From contig CAWFJJ010000001.1 in the NCBI GenBank assembly GCA_963816185.1, positions 288,001 to 352,000 on the forward strand: a stretch of DNA of 64,000 bases, in the 5' to 3' direction. This DNA comes from Thermoanaerobaculia bacterium. GTDB lineage: Bacteria > Acidobacteriota > Thermoanaerobaculia > UBA5066. A program made the position numbers and the translations under genes. The notes beneath the pieces were generated by a model. It saw only the letters and a program-made list of their open reading frames with translations. It had not been told where the DNA came from and made no database searches. Within the stretch, counting starts at the first letter, position 1, and each line of letters opens with the position of its first letter. This document shows, piece by piece, positions 32,801 to 41,668 of this stretch.

Positions 32801-34309
32801 AAGGAGGTGAATCCGCGGGCCCGCGTCGGCGTGAAGCTCGTGGCCGAGGCGGGAGTGGGAACCATTGCGGCGGGCGTCGCCAAGGCCTATGCCGATTACG
32901 TTCTCATCGCCGGGCACGCGGGCGGCACGGGCGCCTCGCCGCTCTCGTCGATCAAGCACGCGGGCGCGCCCTGGGAGCTGGGGCTCGCCGAGACGCAGCA
33001 CGCCCTCGTCGCGAACGGCCTGCGCCGCCGCATCGAGGTCCGCGTGGACGGGGGTCTCCGGACTGCGCGCGACGTCGTGATCGCCGCGTGCCTCGGCGCC
33101 GAGTCGTTCGGCTTCGGGACGGCGCCGCTCGTCGCGGCAGGCTGCTCGATGGCGCGGCAGTGTCACCTCAACACGTGCCCGACGGGCATCGCGACCCAGC
33201 GCGAGGACCTCCGCAAGAAGTACCGTGGGACACCCGAGAAGGTGATCGCGTACTTCACGCACCTGGCCGAGGACGTGCGCGAGATCCTCGCCTCGCTCGG
33301 CGTGCGCTCCGTGGACGAGATCGTGGGCCGCGCCGACTTCCTCGTCCGCGTGGATCGCCTGGAAGCGCCGCGCGCGGCGCTTCTCGACACATCGCTCCTC
33401 CTCCGGAGCTCCGGCGACGGGACGAACCCGCGCCGGCGGATGCAGACTCGCAACGACCGGCCGCGCAGAGGCCCGCAGTTCCCGTCGCTCGACAGCGAGA
33501 TCCTGCCCGAGGCCGTTCTCGGCCTGCGCTCGTCCCGCGCGTACTCCGGAACGTTCGAGGTCCGCAACCACAACCTCTCCGTAGGGGCGCATCTCTCCGG
33601 GGAGCTCGTGCGCCAGTTCGGCGAGCTGCCTCCGGGCTCGGTGCGCCTGAAATTCCGCGGCCCGGCCGGGCAGAGCTTCGGGGCGTTCGCGATCCGCGGC
33701 CTCGTCCTCGAGCTCGAGGGCGAAGCGAACGACGGCGTGGGGAAGGGTCTCTCCGGCGCGGAGATCGTCCTGAAGCCGTCCCCGCGTAGCCGGCATACGT
33801 TCGGCGCTCAGACGATCCTCGGGAACGCCGCGCTCTACGGCGCGACGTCAGGACGTCTCTTCGCCGCGGGCCGCGCCGGCGACCGGTTCGCCGTTCGCAA
33901 TTCGGGCGCCGTGGCGGTCGTCGAGGGGCTGGGCGTGCATGGCTGCGAGTACATGACGGGCGGCATCGTCGTCGTCCTCGGAGAGACGGGCGCGAACTTC
34001 GGGGCGGGCATGACGAACGGCATCGCGTACGTGCTCGACGCGGACGGCCTCTTCTCGTCGCGCTGCAACATGGAGCTCGTGAACGTCGAGCCGCTGGGTC
34101 CGGCCGACGAGGAGATCCTCCTGCCGCTTCTCAGGACCCATCACGAGAAGACGGGGAGCGCCGTCGCCCAACGCATCCTCTCCGGCTGGGAATCCATTCG
34201 CTCGCAGATGCGGCGCGTGGCTCCGAAGACGGCGCCCGCCGTCGCGCCAGCCGTCACGGAGGCGAAAGAGGCCTCCGACGAGAAACCGCCGCTCGCGAGG
34301 ACCGCGTAG
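29819..34309 (+). CDS. gltB: Glutamate synthase large subunit
   Basis: DACGVGF Ntn cysteine, HQRYSTNT, HNGEINT, EPWDGPA, IKMAQGAKPGEGGQLP, 3Fe-4S motif CSMARQCHLNTCP, GCEYMTGG. Confidence 0.97.
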   Translation: MAREREPRRWTDGVSPARNPFREQDACGVGFVAHPRDSSHRVLRLALGGLARVAHRGATGADRTGDGAGILTRIPEELFRREAARLAIRLPEGEPFAIGTFFLPRVNDSQLWSMDLVEKALADEGLPFLGWRSVPVRTDRLGQAAEEGRPAIFHAFVGPPRDTDADEWERVLYLAGRVAARRARLARLHGFCVVSLSSRTIVYKALLTGTELKPFYSDLEDSDYETPIAVFHQRYSTNTVPSWSLAQPFHLLAHNGEINTLWGNRNAMRAREPELSSPVWNGRLARLLPVLTDEGSDSTSLDEALELLVRSGRDPLHALTMLIPDAPQSEADEALRAFYDFHAGLVEPWDGPAAVAFSDGIVAGAHLDRSGLRPLRYKIAQDGIVEAASEAGIVDIEPEDVMESGRLGPGETIAVDTATGEVLRDADVKARLAARRPWGAWVKRHLVNVTKPTVPLLPPPDADLVRCQSARGWGVEDVRYVLAPMAAGTEPVFSMGDDAPIPPLAKSPQPLYTFFRQRFAQVTNPPIDSLRETLVMSLRMDLGKGGSLLLEEPGDAHFLTLEHPVLLEDEMAGVLSASAFRPLTLDATFLAADGAPGLTAALEDLSRRAEDAVRAGSEILVITDRGATEERVAIPSLLALGAVREHLLRTGLRYRVGLVVESGDARDGHHFAVLHGFGAEAVHPWLALASVRALAAREDLPGDVAATFRSTVEKSLRKVIAKMGISALSSYCGGQVFDALGLAPEVMERCFRGTSSPLSGLGFAEIAADVLETHRTAWEGAPLPDHGRVRYRKDTEEHAWSPPVVVSLQKAAKGTDGAWAEFREKADGRGASVPRDLLGFSPRQAVPVEEVESAEEIVKRFIVSAMSLGALSPEAHETLAIAMNRIGARSNSGEGGEDPATWRDAGGDRRDNKIKQVASARFGVTAEYLVRADELEIKMAQGAKPGEGGQLPAHKNSPLIARLRLTVPGIPLISPPPHHDIYSIEDLAQLIHDLKEVNPRARVGVKLVAEAGVGTIAAGVAKAYADYVLIAGHAGGTGASPLSSIKHAGAPWELGLAETQHALVANGLRRRIEVRVDGGLRTARDVVIAACLGAESFGFGTAPLVAAGCSMARQCHLNTCPTGIATQREDLRKKYRGTPEKVIAYFTHLAEDVREILASLGVRSVDEIVGRADFLVRVDRLEAPRAALLDTSLLLRSSGDGTNPRRRMQTRNDRPRRGPQFPSLDSEILPEAVLGLRSSRAYSGTFEVRNHNLSVGAHLSGELVRQFGELPPGSVRLKFRGPAGQSFGAFAIRGLVLELEGEANDGVGKGLSGAEIVLKPSPRSRHTFGAQTILGNAALYGATSGRLFAAGRAGDRFAVRNSGAVAVVEGLGVHGCEYMTGGIVVVLGETGANFGAGMTNGIAYVLDADGLFSSRCNMELVNVEPLGPADEEILLPLLRTHHEKTGSAVAQRILSGWESIRSQMRRVAPKTAPAVAPAVTEAKEASDEKPPLARTA

Positions 34310-34378
34310 AACTTCACGGCGCACCCTGTCGGCAGGCCTCGCGTGTGAAGGCGTCGCCTCGTCCTAGAATCCGATGCG

Positions 34379-35257
34379 ATGACTGTCGTTGCGATGTGCT
34401 CCGCCGGCATCGCCCTCTTCCTGATCGGCGGAGTCGCCGCGAGACGCGAGGTCGCCGGTGCGCGCGGCCTGGACAAGATCGTGGCCTTGACCAATTTGTG
34501 TTTCGGCGTCCCGCTGGCGGTCTTCGGCGCGCTGCATCTCTTCGGTCCGCGCGTCGTCATCGACGCCGTGCCAGCCTTCATGCCCTGGCGTTCGTTCTGG
34601 GTGGTGTTCGTCGGGTGCGCGCTGATCGCGGCGTCCCTGAGCATCGCCACCGGGATCGCGGTCCATTGGTCGGGCCTGCTCTTCGGAATCATGATGTTCC
34701 TGTTCGTCGCGACGATCCATCTTCCGGGTGCCCTGCGCCAGCCTCACGACAGGTTCATCTGGACGATCGTCTTCCGCGAGATGGCGTTCGGCGGGGGCGG
34801 CTGGCTTCTCGCGGGGCTCGCAGCGGACGGACGGCGCGGGGAGAGCCGGAGTGCGCTGATCGCCGTGGGCCGCGTCCTTGTCACGATGGCGTTGATCGTC
34901 TTCGGCATCGAGCACTTCGCGTACGCGACGGGGCTTCCCGGGGTCCCGCTCAGGAAGGAGATGCCGGCGTGGATCCCGGGGCGCGAGATCATCGACCGGG
35001 TGACGGGCGCGGCGCTCCTCCTGGCCGCGGGAAGCGTCCTGGCGGGCAGGCAGACGCGGAGGGTGGCGACCTGGGTCGGCGCTTGGATCCTGCTGATGGT
35101 CCTCGTGATCTACGGGCCGGTCCTGGTCGTGGCGCTTTCCGACCCAAAGCTCGGCGTCCGGCTGGAGGGGGTCAACTACTTCGCCGACACGCTTCTGTTT
35201 GCCGGGACGGTCCTCGCGCTGGCAAAGGCGACGCCACACCGCCCGCGGCCGTCCTGA
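34379..35257 (+). CDS. DoxX-like membrane protein (internally duplicated)
   Basis: Two repeats of FG(A/I)xH(L/F)...P(A)(F/W)(M/I)P; about 8-9 TM helices. Confidence 0.7.
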   Translation: MTVVAMCSAGIALFLIGGVAARREVAGARGLDKIVALTNLCFGVPLAVFGALHLFGPRVVIDAVPAFMPWRSFWVVFVGCALIAASLSIATGIAVHWSGLLFGIMMFLFVATIHLPGALRQPHDRFIWTIVFREMAFGGGGWLLAGLAADGRRGESRSALIAVGRVLVTMALIVFGIEHFAYATGLPGVPLRKEMPAWIPGREIIDRVTGAALLLAAGSVLAGRQTRRVATWVGAWILLMVLVIYGPVLVVALSDPKLGVRLEGVNYFADTLLFAGTVLALAKATPHRPRPS

Positions 35258-35270
35258 TAGCGTCTGCGCC

Positions 35271-36284
35271 ATGCTGTTACCCCTTCTCCTTTTCCAGGCG
35301 GCGGTCGCGTCTCACTCCGCCGCTCCCGCTCCGCCCGTTCTCCGAGTCGTCCCGAAACATGACGAGCTTGCGTACACGTTCGGCGGCGTCCCCGCGCGCT
35401 ATCGGATCAAGCCCGGCACGCGGATCGTCGCGTGGACGGAGGACTGCTTCGACGGCGCCGTGAAGACGCCGGCGGATCTGCCGTCGAAGGTCATAGCGCC
35501 CGGCCACGACAACCCTCAGACGGGGCCGTTCTTCGTGGAGGGCGCCGAGCCGGGCGACACGCTCGCGATCCGGATTCTGAAGCTCGGGCCCGCGCGGAGG
35601 TGGGCCGTGTCCGCATTCGGGCCTGGCTTCGGCGCGCTCGTCGGGACGGACCGCACGGCGATGCTCGGCCCGGAGCTCCCCGAGACGGTCTGGCGCTACG
35701 AAGTCGACGCGAAAAGACGCGTCGCGCGGACGACCTCCGGCGACGGGAAGCAGGCATGGGAGGTTCCGCTCGCGGAGTTTCTCGGCTGTCTCGGGGTCGC
35801 GCCCTCGATGGGCGAGGCGCGATCCACGATCGTGCCCGGGAATTTCGGCGAGAACATGGACTGCCCCGAGGTGCGGACGGGGAACACGGTCTACCTCGGC
35901 GTGAACGTGCCGGGCGGGCTCCTGTCGTTCGGCGACGGCCACTACGCGATGGGAGAGGGCGAGATCATGGGCGCCGCCGTCGAGGGCGCGATGAACGTCG
36001 AGCTCGTCGTGGACCTCGTGAAGGGCAAGTCCACGCCCGTCCCGCGAATCGAGAACGCGGACGAGATCATGTTCGTGGGCGTGGGCCGCCCGCTCGAGGA
36101 CGCCGCGCGTGTCGCCTTCAAGGCGATGGTGGGCTGGGTGCGCGAGGCGACGGGACTTTCCGAGCTCGACGCATATCAGTTCGTCTCGCAATTCGCGAAG
36201 GCGCCGATCGTGCAGCTCGTCGACCCGGAGTACACGGTCCTCGCGAAGCTCGAGAAGAAGAGGCTGCCGAAGAAGCGCCCGTAA
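35271..36284 (+). CDS. Acetamidase/formamidase family protein
   Basis: NPQTGPFFVEGAEPGD, G-x-NMD, GDGHYAMGEGE. Confidence 0.9.
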   Translation: MLLPLLLFQAAVASHSAAPAPPVLRVVPKHDELAYTFGGVPARYRIKPGTRIVAWTEDCFDGAVKTPADLPSKVIAPGHDNPQTGPFFVEGAEPGDTLAIRILKLGPARRWAVSAFGPGFGALVGTDRTAMLGPELPETVWRYEVDAKRRVARTTSGDGKQAWEVPLAEFLGCLGVAPSMGEARSTIVPGNFGENMDCPEVRTGNTVYLGVNVPGGLLSFGDGHYAMGEGEIMGAAVEGAMNVELVVDLVKGKSTPVPRIENADEIMFVGVGRPLEDAARVAFKAMVGWVREATGLSELDAYQFVSQFAKAPIVQLVDPEYTVLAKLEKKRLPKKRP

Positions 36285-36313
36285 TCCCCGCTGGCTCGCA
36301 TCGGCAAGCGAGT

Positions 36314-37222
36314 CTAGGTCGCGTCGGCGTCGCCGACGACCCGGTCGCGCCCCCGCTTCTTCGCTTCGTACATCCGCGCGTCGGCCCGAGCGATGAAGGA
36401 GGCCATCGTGTCGTCGGCCCGTGCCTCCGTCACGCCGACCGAGATGGTGACCTCGAGGTCCGGGACGGCGGGCACGCTGGAGCGCGCAACGAGCGTGCGC
36501 AGCCTCTGACCGGCTTCCGCGAGGCGGCGCGCGTCGAGACCTCCGACGAGAACGACGAACTCCTCGCCGCCCCAGCGCCCGAGGAAATCGCCCGCCCTCA
36601 GGCCGTTTGCGAGCGTGCGCCCGACGACGCGGAGAACGTCGTCTCCTGCCGCGTGCCCGTATTGGTCGTTGACGCTCTTGAACCTGTCCACGTCCAGAAA
36701 GAGGAGCCCGACGGGCAGGCCGTAGCGCTTTTTCTCGGCGAGGCGCGAATCGAGCTGGATTTCGGTGTACCGGCGGTTACCGGCTCCGGTGAGGGGGTCG
36801 ATCAGGGAAAGGGCCTCCAACTCCCGAATCCGCTCCGCCGCGAGAACCTGACCGGAGATGTCGTTGAAGACCTCCACGGCGCCGACGATCTCGCCCGCGA
36901 TTCCACGGATCGGGACCGCGCGCACGGTAATCGGCACTCGGTGGCCCTTCCTGTGATGAAGAAACAACTCCGTGGCCCGTTCGCAGCCGTCGCGCATCGT
37001 GGCTTCCATCGGGCAGCCGTCGTTGCAGAGCAATCGTCCCGCCGGATCCATGTGCTGGAGCAGGCCGTCCGCGCAGCACCGGCCGAGCACCTCCTCGGCG
37101 GGATAGCCCGTGAGGCGCTCGGCGCCGCGATTCCAGTACGTGATGCGGCGTGACCGGTCGAGAAAGTAGATTCCCTCCGTGAGGTTGTCGATCAGCTCCT
37201 TGAAAACACGGTCGTCCTGCAA
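36314..37222 (-). CDS. PAS-GGDEF diguanylate cyclase
   Basis: YWNRGAERLTGY PAS with Cys cluster; DPLTG, DVDRFKSVNDQYGH, RWGGEEF. Confidence 0.92.
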   Translation of the reverse strand: MQDDRVFKELIDNLTEGIYFLDRSRRITYWNRGAERLTGYPAEEVLGRCCADGLLQHMDPAGRLLCNDGCPMEATMRDGCERATELFLHHRKGHRVPITVRAVPIRGIAGEIVGAVEVFNDISGQVLAAERIRELEALSLIDPLTGAGNRRYTEIQLDSRLAEKKRYGLPVGLLFLDVDRFKSVNDQYGHAAGDDVLRVVGRTLANGLRAGDFLGRWGGEEFVVLVGGLDARRLAEAGQRLRTLVARSSVPAVPDLEVTISVGVTEARADDTMASFIARADARMYEAKKRGRDRVVGDADAT

Positions 37223-37251
37223 CGCGTCACTCTCTCTCGCGATCGTCCGAG

Positions 37252-39861
37252 CTAAGGATACAGAAGGAACGCCGCCCGGCGCTTCTCGAACTCCATCGAT
37301 CCCGCGGCCCAGGCGCCCGTGATCTCGCCGGCCGTCTCGCCGCGCGTGAAGCGCGCGAGCGCGGCCCGGCTGACGAGGAGGCGGTTCAGCTTCTCGGCGC
37401 TCCAGTCCTTCGGGTGCAGGTCGCGCAGCGCGGTCGCGACGTGGAGGCCGAGGGCCACGGCGTTCAGCGCATTCCGGTCGACGAGCGTGATGCGGATGCC
37501 CGAGCACTTCTCCCCTTTGAAGACGGACGACGCGGGCGTGAACCAGACCGGCGTGAAGCGCACGCCGGCGATCCCGCGCGCGTTCAGCGTGGCCGCGACG
37601 CGCGGCCCGTCCATCCACGGCGCCCCGAACACTTCGAACGGAGAGTCGGTGCCGCGTCCGACGGAGAGATTCGTCGTCTCGAGGATGCCGATGCCCGGGT
37701 AGAGAGCCGCTTCGGTGACGGAGCGCAGGTTCGGCGAGGGATTCACCCAGATGAGGCCCGTCTCGTCGTACCAGAGGTCGCGCGCGTAGCCGGACATCTT
37801 CACGACGGTCAGGTCCGCGCCGATCTTCCGCTCGGCGTTGAAGAGGCCCGCGAGCTCGCCGATCGTCATCCCCGTCCGAATCGGCGTCGTGTGGTATGCG
37901 ACGAAGGAGAGCGCGTCGTCGTCGGCCGGAGGGCCCTCCCAAACGTCCGCGCGGATCGGGTTCGGCCGGTCGAGGACGAAGACCTTCACCTTCGCCTTCG
38001 CGGCCTCCTCGAGCACGTAGCCCATCGAGGCGAGATACGTGTAGAAGCGGCAGCCGGCATCCTGCAGATCCACGACGACGGCGTCGAGACCCGCGAGATC
38101 CTCTGGCTTCGGCCGGCGCGACTCGGGTGTGTCGCCGTAGAGCGAGCGCACGGGAAGGCCGGTCTTCTCGTCGACGGAATCGGCTACCTTTTCGTCGAGC
38201 GCTCCCCGGATGCCGTGCTCCGGAGAGAAGAGCTTTGAAAGCGTGACACCCGCGGCCCGAGCCTTCGGGGAGTTGAGCACGTCGATGGTGGAGCGCCCGT
38301 CCCGCGTGAGCCCGGTCTGGTTGGTCAGGAGAGCGATGCGCATCCCGGCAAGCTGCTTGAAAGAATTTTCTTCGAGTGTGTCGATGCCCGGCCGGACCTG
38401 CCCCACGACGCGCGTCGGCGCAGCCGCAGCCCCATTCACCTTCGAAGAATGCGCCGGAGGCGCGCCCGACGCCGAAGGCGCGCTCGTGCCCTTCGAAGCC
38501 GACGTCGCGGCGCCGATGGCCGCCAGAAGCGCCGTCTCGTCCGAAGCCTTCCCAAGCTCTTCCGGATTCCTGTCCATGATCGCGCTCGCCACGATCGATG
38601 CGACCTTGCCGCGCAGCGCGATGACGTTTCCCGACTCGTCGGGATGGTTGCGGTTCGTGAGGAGGATGACGAACGTATCGGTCGCCGGATCCAGCCAGAG
38701 CGACGTGCCGGTCCACCCCGTGTGCCCGTAGGATCCGAGCGGGAAGAGGTCGCCGCGGTTCGAGGAGAACCGGGTCCAGACGTCCCAGCCCAGGCCGCGG
38801 AGGTCGTCGTCGCCGAAAAAGCGCGCGCGCGTCATCGCGGCGACCGTCGCGGGGGAGAGCGCGCCGCCGCCGCCCGCGAGCATCGCCCGGCAGAAGAGAG
38901 CAAGGTCGTCCGCGGTCGAGAAGAGCCCCGCGTGACCCGCGACGCCGCCTAGGGCATGAGCGCGCGGGTCGTGGACTTCGCCGCGCCGCACGACGCCGTC
39001 GATCCTCTCGGTCGGAGCGATGCGCGAGAGGGGAAGAAGAGGAGAAAGAGATTTCTTAGAAGGTGAAGAGGGAGAGAGCGGAAGGAAGCGGGTTTCCGTC
39101 ATTCCCAGCGGCTCGAAAATGCGCCGCGCCGCGAATTCATCGAGGGGAAGGCCGGACACTTTCCGGACCAGCTCTCCCAGCACCTCGAACCCGACATCCG
39201 AATACAGGAAACGCGAGCCGGGTGGCGAAACGAGAGGCTGCCTGTATTTCCTTTCGAAGATCTCTTCTCTCGATCCCGTATAGAGCGCCATCGGGTCATC
39301 GGGCGCCAGCCCCGCCCGGTGCGTGAGGAGCTCCTCGATCGTGACCTGATCGCGGGCGCCGCCGCCCGACGCGAACTCCGGGATGTATTTCGCGATGCGA
39401 TCCCAAAGGCGGACCTTTCCGTCCTCGACGAGAGCCATCACGCTCGGCGCCGTCGCGACGACCTTCGTCAGGGACGCCAGGTCGAAGACCGTGTCCGGCG
39501 TCATCGGCTCGAGGGCCGGAAGGACGGCGCGGTGGCCGTAGGCCTTGCGAAAGACGATCTTCCCGTGCCGGCCCACGAGCACGACGGCACCCGGGCATTC
39601 CTTGTTCCGAATCGACTCCTCGACGACCGGATCGATGAGATTCAGCCGGGAAGCGGACATCCCCACGGCGGCCGGCGCTACGGTGGCAAGGTTCGAAGAG
39701 ACCGGAGATTTCTTAGAAGGTGAAGAGGGGTAGGGATGGGCCTCCGCAAAGGTCGCGATCGGCAACGCGAGGATGAGCGCCGCCGCGACACGCATCGATC
39801 CGCCCGCTGCCTTGCCCCTCTTCCCCTTTCTCAGAAGATATTCCTCTTCTTCTTTCTTCAT
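37252..39861 (-). CDS. namZ: Serine hydrolase (beta-lactamase fold) + DUF1343 exo-beta-N-acetylmuramidase fusion (start 39861 or 39795)
   Basis: FDLASLTK (SxxK), YSD, HTGWTG; then TNQTG, FSPEHG, DLQDAGCRFYTY, DRPNP, PSPNL. Confidence 0.88.
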   Translation of the reverse strand: MKKEEEEYLLRKGKRGKAAGGSMRVAAALILALPIATFAEAHPYPSSPSKKSPVSSNLATVAPAAVGMSASRLNLIDPVVEESIRNKECPGAVVLVGRHGKIVFRKAYGHRAVLPALEPMTPDTVFDLASLTKVVATAPSVMALVEDGKVRLWDRIAKYIPEFASGGGARDQVTIEELLTHRAGLAPDDPMALYTGSREEIFERKYRQPLVSPPGSRFLYSDVGFEVLGELVRKVSGLPLDEFAARRIFEPLGMTETRFLPLSPSSPSKKSLSPLLPLSRIAPTERIDGVVRRGEVHDPRAHALGGVAGHAGLFSTADDLALFCRAMLAGGGGALSPATVAAMTRARFFGDDDLRGLGWDVWTRFSSNRGDLFPLGSYGHTGWTGTSLWLDPATDTFVILLTNRNHPDESGNVIALRGKVASIVASAIMDRNPEELGKASDETALLAAIGAATSASKGTSAPSASGAPPAHSSKVNGAAAAPTRVVGQVRPGIDTLEENSFKQLAGMRIALLTNQTGLTRDGRSTIDVLNSPKARAAGVTLSKLFSPEHGIRGALDEKVADSVDEKTGLPVRSLYGDTPESRRPKPEDLAGLDAVVVDLQDAGCRFYTYLASMGYVLEEAAKAKVKVFVLDRPNPIRADVWEGPPADDDALSFVAYHTTPIRTGMTIGELAGLFNAERKIGADLTVVKMSGYARDLWYDETGLIWVNPSPNLRSVTEAALYPGIGILETTNLSVGRGTDSPFEVFGAPWMDGPRVAATLNARGIAGVRFTPVWFTPASSVFKGEKCSGIRITLVDRNALNAVALGLHVATALRDLHPKDWSAEKLNRLLVSRAALARFTRGETAGEITGAWAAGSMEFEKRRAAFLLYP
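39048..39072 (+). repeat. Intragenic 25-bp element, copy
   Basis: GAGATTTCTTAGAAGGTGAAGAGGG, identical to 39705-39729. Confidence 0.8.
39705..39843. repeat. Intragenic element plus inverted degenerate partner
   Basis: 25-mer at 39705-39729 (+); GAATATCTTCTGAGAAAGGGGAAGAGGG at 39816-39843 (-). Confidence 0.65.
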
Positions 39862-41645
39862 TTTCCTTCCGCCGCGACGATGTCGCGCAGCTCGGCCTGC
39901 GTCCGGTAGACGCCTCCGCGGACGACGGCCTTCACCTTTCTCAGGTTCGCGACGTCGGCGAGGGGATCTGCGGCGAGGAGAACGAAGTCGGCGAGCTTGC
40001 CCTTCTCGACCGTGCCGACGTCCGACGCGCGGCCCATCGCGCGGGCGCCACCCTTCGTCGAGGCGACGAGGACCTCCATCGGCGTCATCCCGGCGGCCTG
40101 CATCGCCTCCATCTCGGCGTGCACGGAAACACCGTGAAGCGTGCCGGGGTTGCCCGCGTCCGTTCCCATCGCGATCGTGACGCCGGCGTCGCGCACGCGT
40201 TTGAGGTTTGCGGCCGCGACCTGCCGGGTGGCGGCGACCCGCTTTTCGAAGCCATCGAGCGAAGCGCCGTGCGGGGGCGGGACCGTAATGCGCGCCGTCT
40301 CGGCGAGCTTCGCCCGCGTGAGCGGATCGACGCAGCCGTCGGGGTCGTCCGGGGGAACGTCCGCGTGGGCCGCGAAGCCTTTTGCGATCGCGAGATATCC
40401 GTCCATGACCGTCAGAGTCGGACAGTAGATCGCGCCCGAGGACTTCAGGAGCGCGAGGAACTCGTCGTCCACCGGAAGGTCCCCGACGCTGTGGACGAGG
40501 AGCTTCGCTCCGGCCTTCAGGGCGACCTTCGCCTCGGCAAGGCCCGTCGCGTGGACGATGAGCGGGAGCCCACGCTTCTTCGCCTCGTCGCCCGCCGCGA
40601 GGACCGCGGGCGCCGTCGCCGTCACGGGCAGGTCCGGCCGCACGATGTACCAGACTTTCACGGCCTGCGCGCCGCGCGAGGCGAGATAACGGACACCCTC
40701 GCGCGCCGCCGCCTCGTCCTTCAGGAAGATGAACTGCCTTTCGGCCGGAAGGTTCAGCCAGAAGTCGAGGGTGGAAAGCAGGGGACCCGCGGCGGCGACG
40801 CGGGGCGCGAGCGGATCGTTCTCGGCGCGCGCGGGGAGGTCCAGGGACCACGGGTAGCCGCCGACGTCGAACACCGAGGTCACGCCGGAGCAGACGTACG
40901 ACCGGAAGAAGCGCTCGGGCCTCGTGCGCAGCTCCTTCTCCGTCTCCTCGTACGGATGGGCCGCGCGAACGTCGAAAGCGTCGGGGCGGCCGTCGGCCCA
41001 TCCCGTCTGGGCGAAGTGGACGTGCGCGTCGACGAGTCCGGGGACGATCCAGGAGCCCTTTGCATCCGTCACGGCGACGCCCTCCGGCACGGCGCACCTG
41101 GATGCGGGCCCCGCGCAGGCGATCCGGCCGTTCCGCACGAATACGACGGCGCCCGCGACAGGATGGGCGCCGGTGCCGTCGACGAGCGTCGCGCCGAGGA
41201 AGGCATGCGGCGGCGGCGGCGTGCCCGGCGGCACGTCGAACGCGGAGGTCACCGTGATCTTCCAGCCTTTCGGCGTCTTCACGAACAGACGCTCGGAGAG
41301 GCCCGCGTGCTCGTCCCCGCCGTAGCGCGCCCTGTACCGATAGGTGCCGTAGACGACGCCCGGAGAGACCGGCATGAGCCGGAGATCGTCCGCGACGAGA
41401 GTGTCGGGCCACTTCTCGCCCGCCTGCTTCGCGAAGTCCTCGTAGCCGAGCACGGGCCCCTCGGGCGTCGCGCGGACGAGCCGCGCGGAGTCGAGGTAGC
41501 ACGCGAGATACGCGGCCTTGTCGCGCTTCTGGATCGCGACGATGTTCTTTTCGAAGATCGCCCGCGCCTCGTCGACGTCGGAGGCGAAGACGGATAGAGA
41601 TGCACAGGCCGCGCACGCGACCAGAAACAGGCGGGTTGTTCTCAT
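39858..41645 (-). CDS. Secreted SnoaL/DUF4440 + amidohydrolase fusion
   Basis: N-terminal NTF2-like (LFVKTPKGWKI); PGLVDAHVH, IVHA, LVH, GTDAGN. Confidence 0.85.
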   Translation of the reverse strand: MRTTRLFLVACAACASLSVFASDVDEARAIFEKNIVAIQKRDKAAYLACYLDSARLVRATPEGPVLGYEDFAKQAGEKWPDTLVADDLRLMPVSPGVVYGTYRYRARYGGDEHAGLSERLFVKTPKGWKITVTSAFDVPPGTPPPPHAFLGATLVDGTGAHPVAGAVVFVRNGRIACAGPASRCAVPEGVAVTDAKGSWIVPGLVDAHVHFAQTGWADGRPDAFDVRAAHPYEETEKELRTRPERFFRSYVCSGVTSVFDVGGYPWSLDLPARAENDPLAPRVAAAGPLLSTLDFWLNLPAERQFIFLKDEAAAREGVRYLASRGAQAVKVWYIVRPDLPVTATAPAVLAAGDEAKKRGLPLIVHATGLAEAKVALKAGAKLLVHSVGDLPVDDEFLALLKSSGAIYCPTLTVMDGYLAIAKGFAAHADVPPDDPDGCVDPLTRAKLAETARITVPPPHGASLDGFEKRVAATRQVAAANLKRVRDAGVTIAMGTDAGNPGTLHGVSVHAEMEAMQAAGMTPMEVLVASTKGGARAMGRASDVGTVEKGKLADFVLLAADPLADVANLRKVKAVVRGGVYRTQAELRDIVAAEGK

Positions 41646-41668
41646 GCGGGGATTATCCCCGCGATGGG

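Noticed and set aside
37252-41616. 1454-aa giant ORF
   Set aside because: Its N-terminal ~585 aa is an off-frame overlap of the amidohydrolase gene; the real gene starts at 39861 or 39795.
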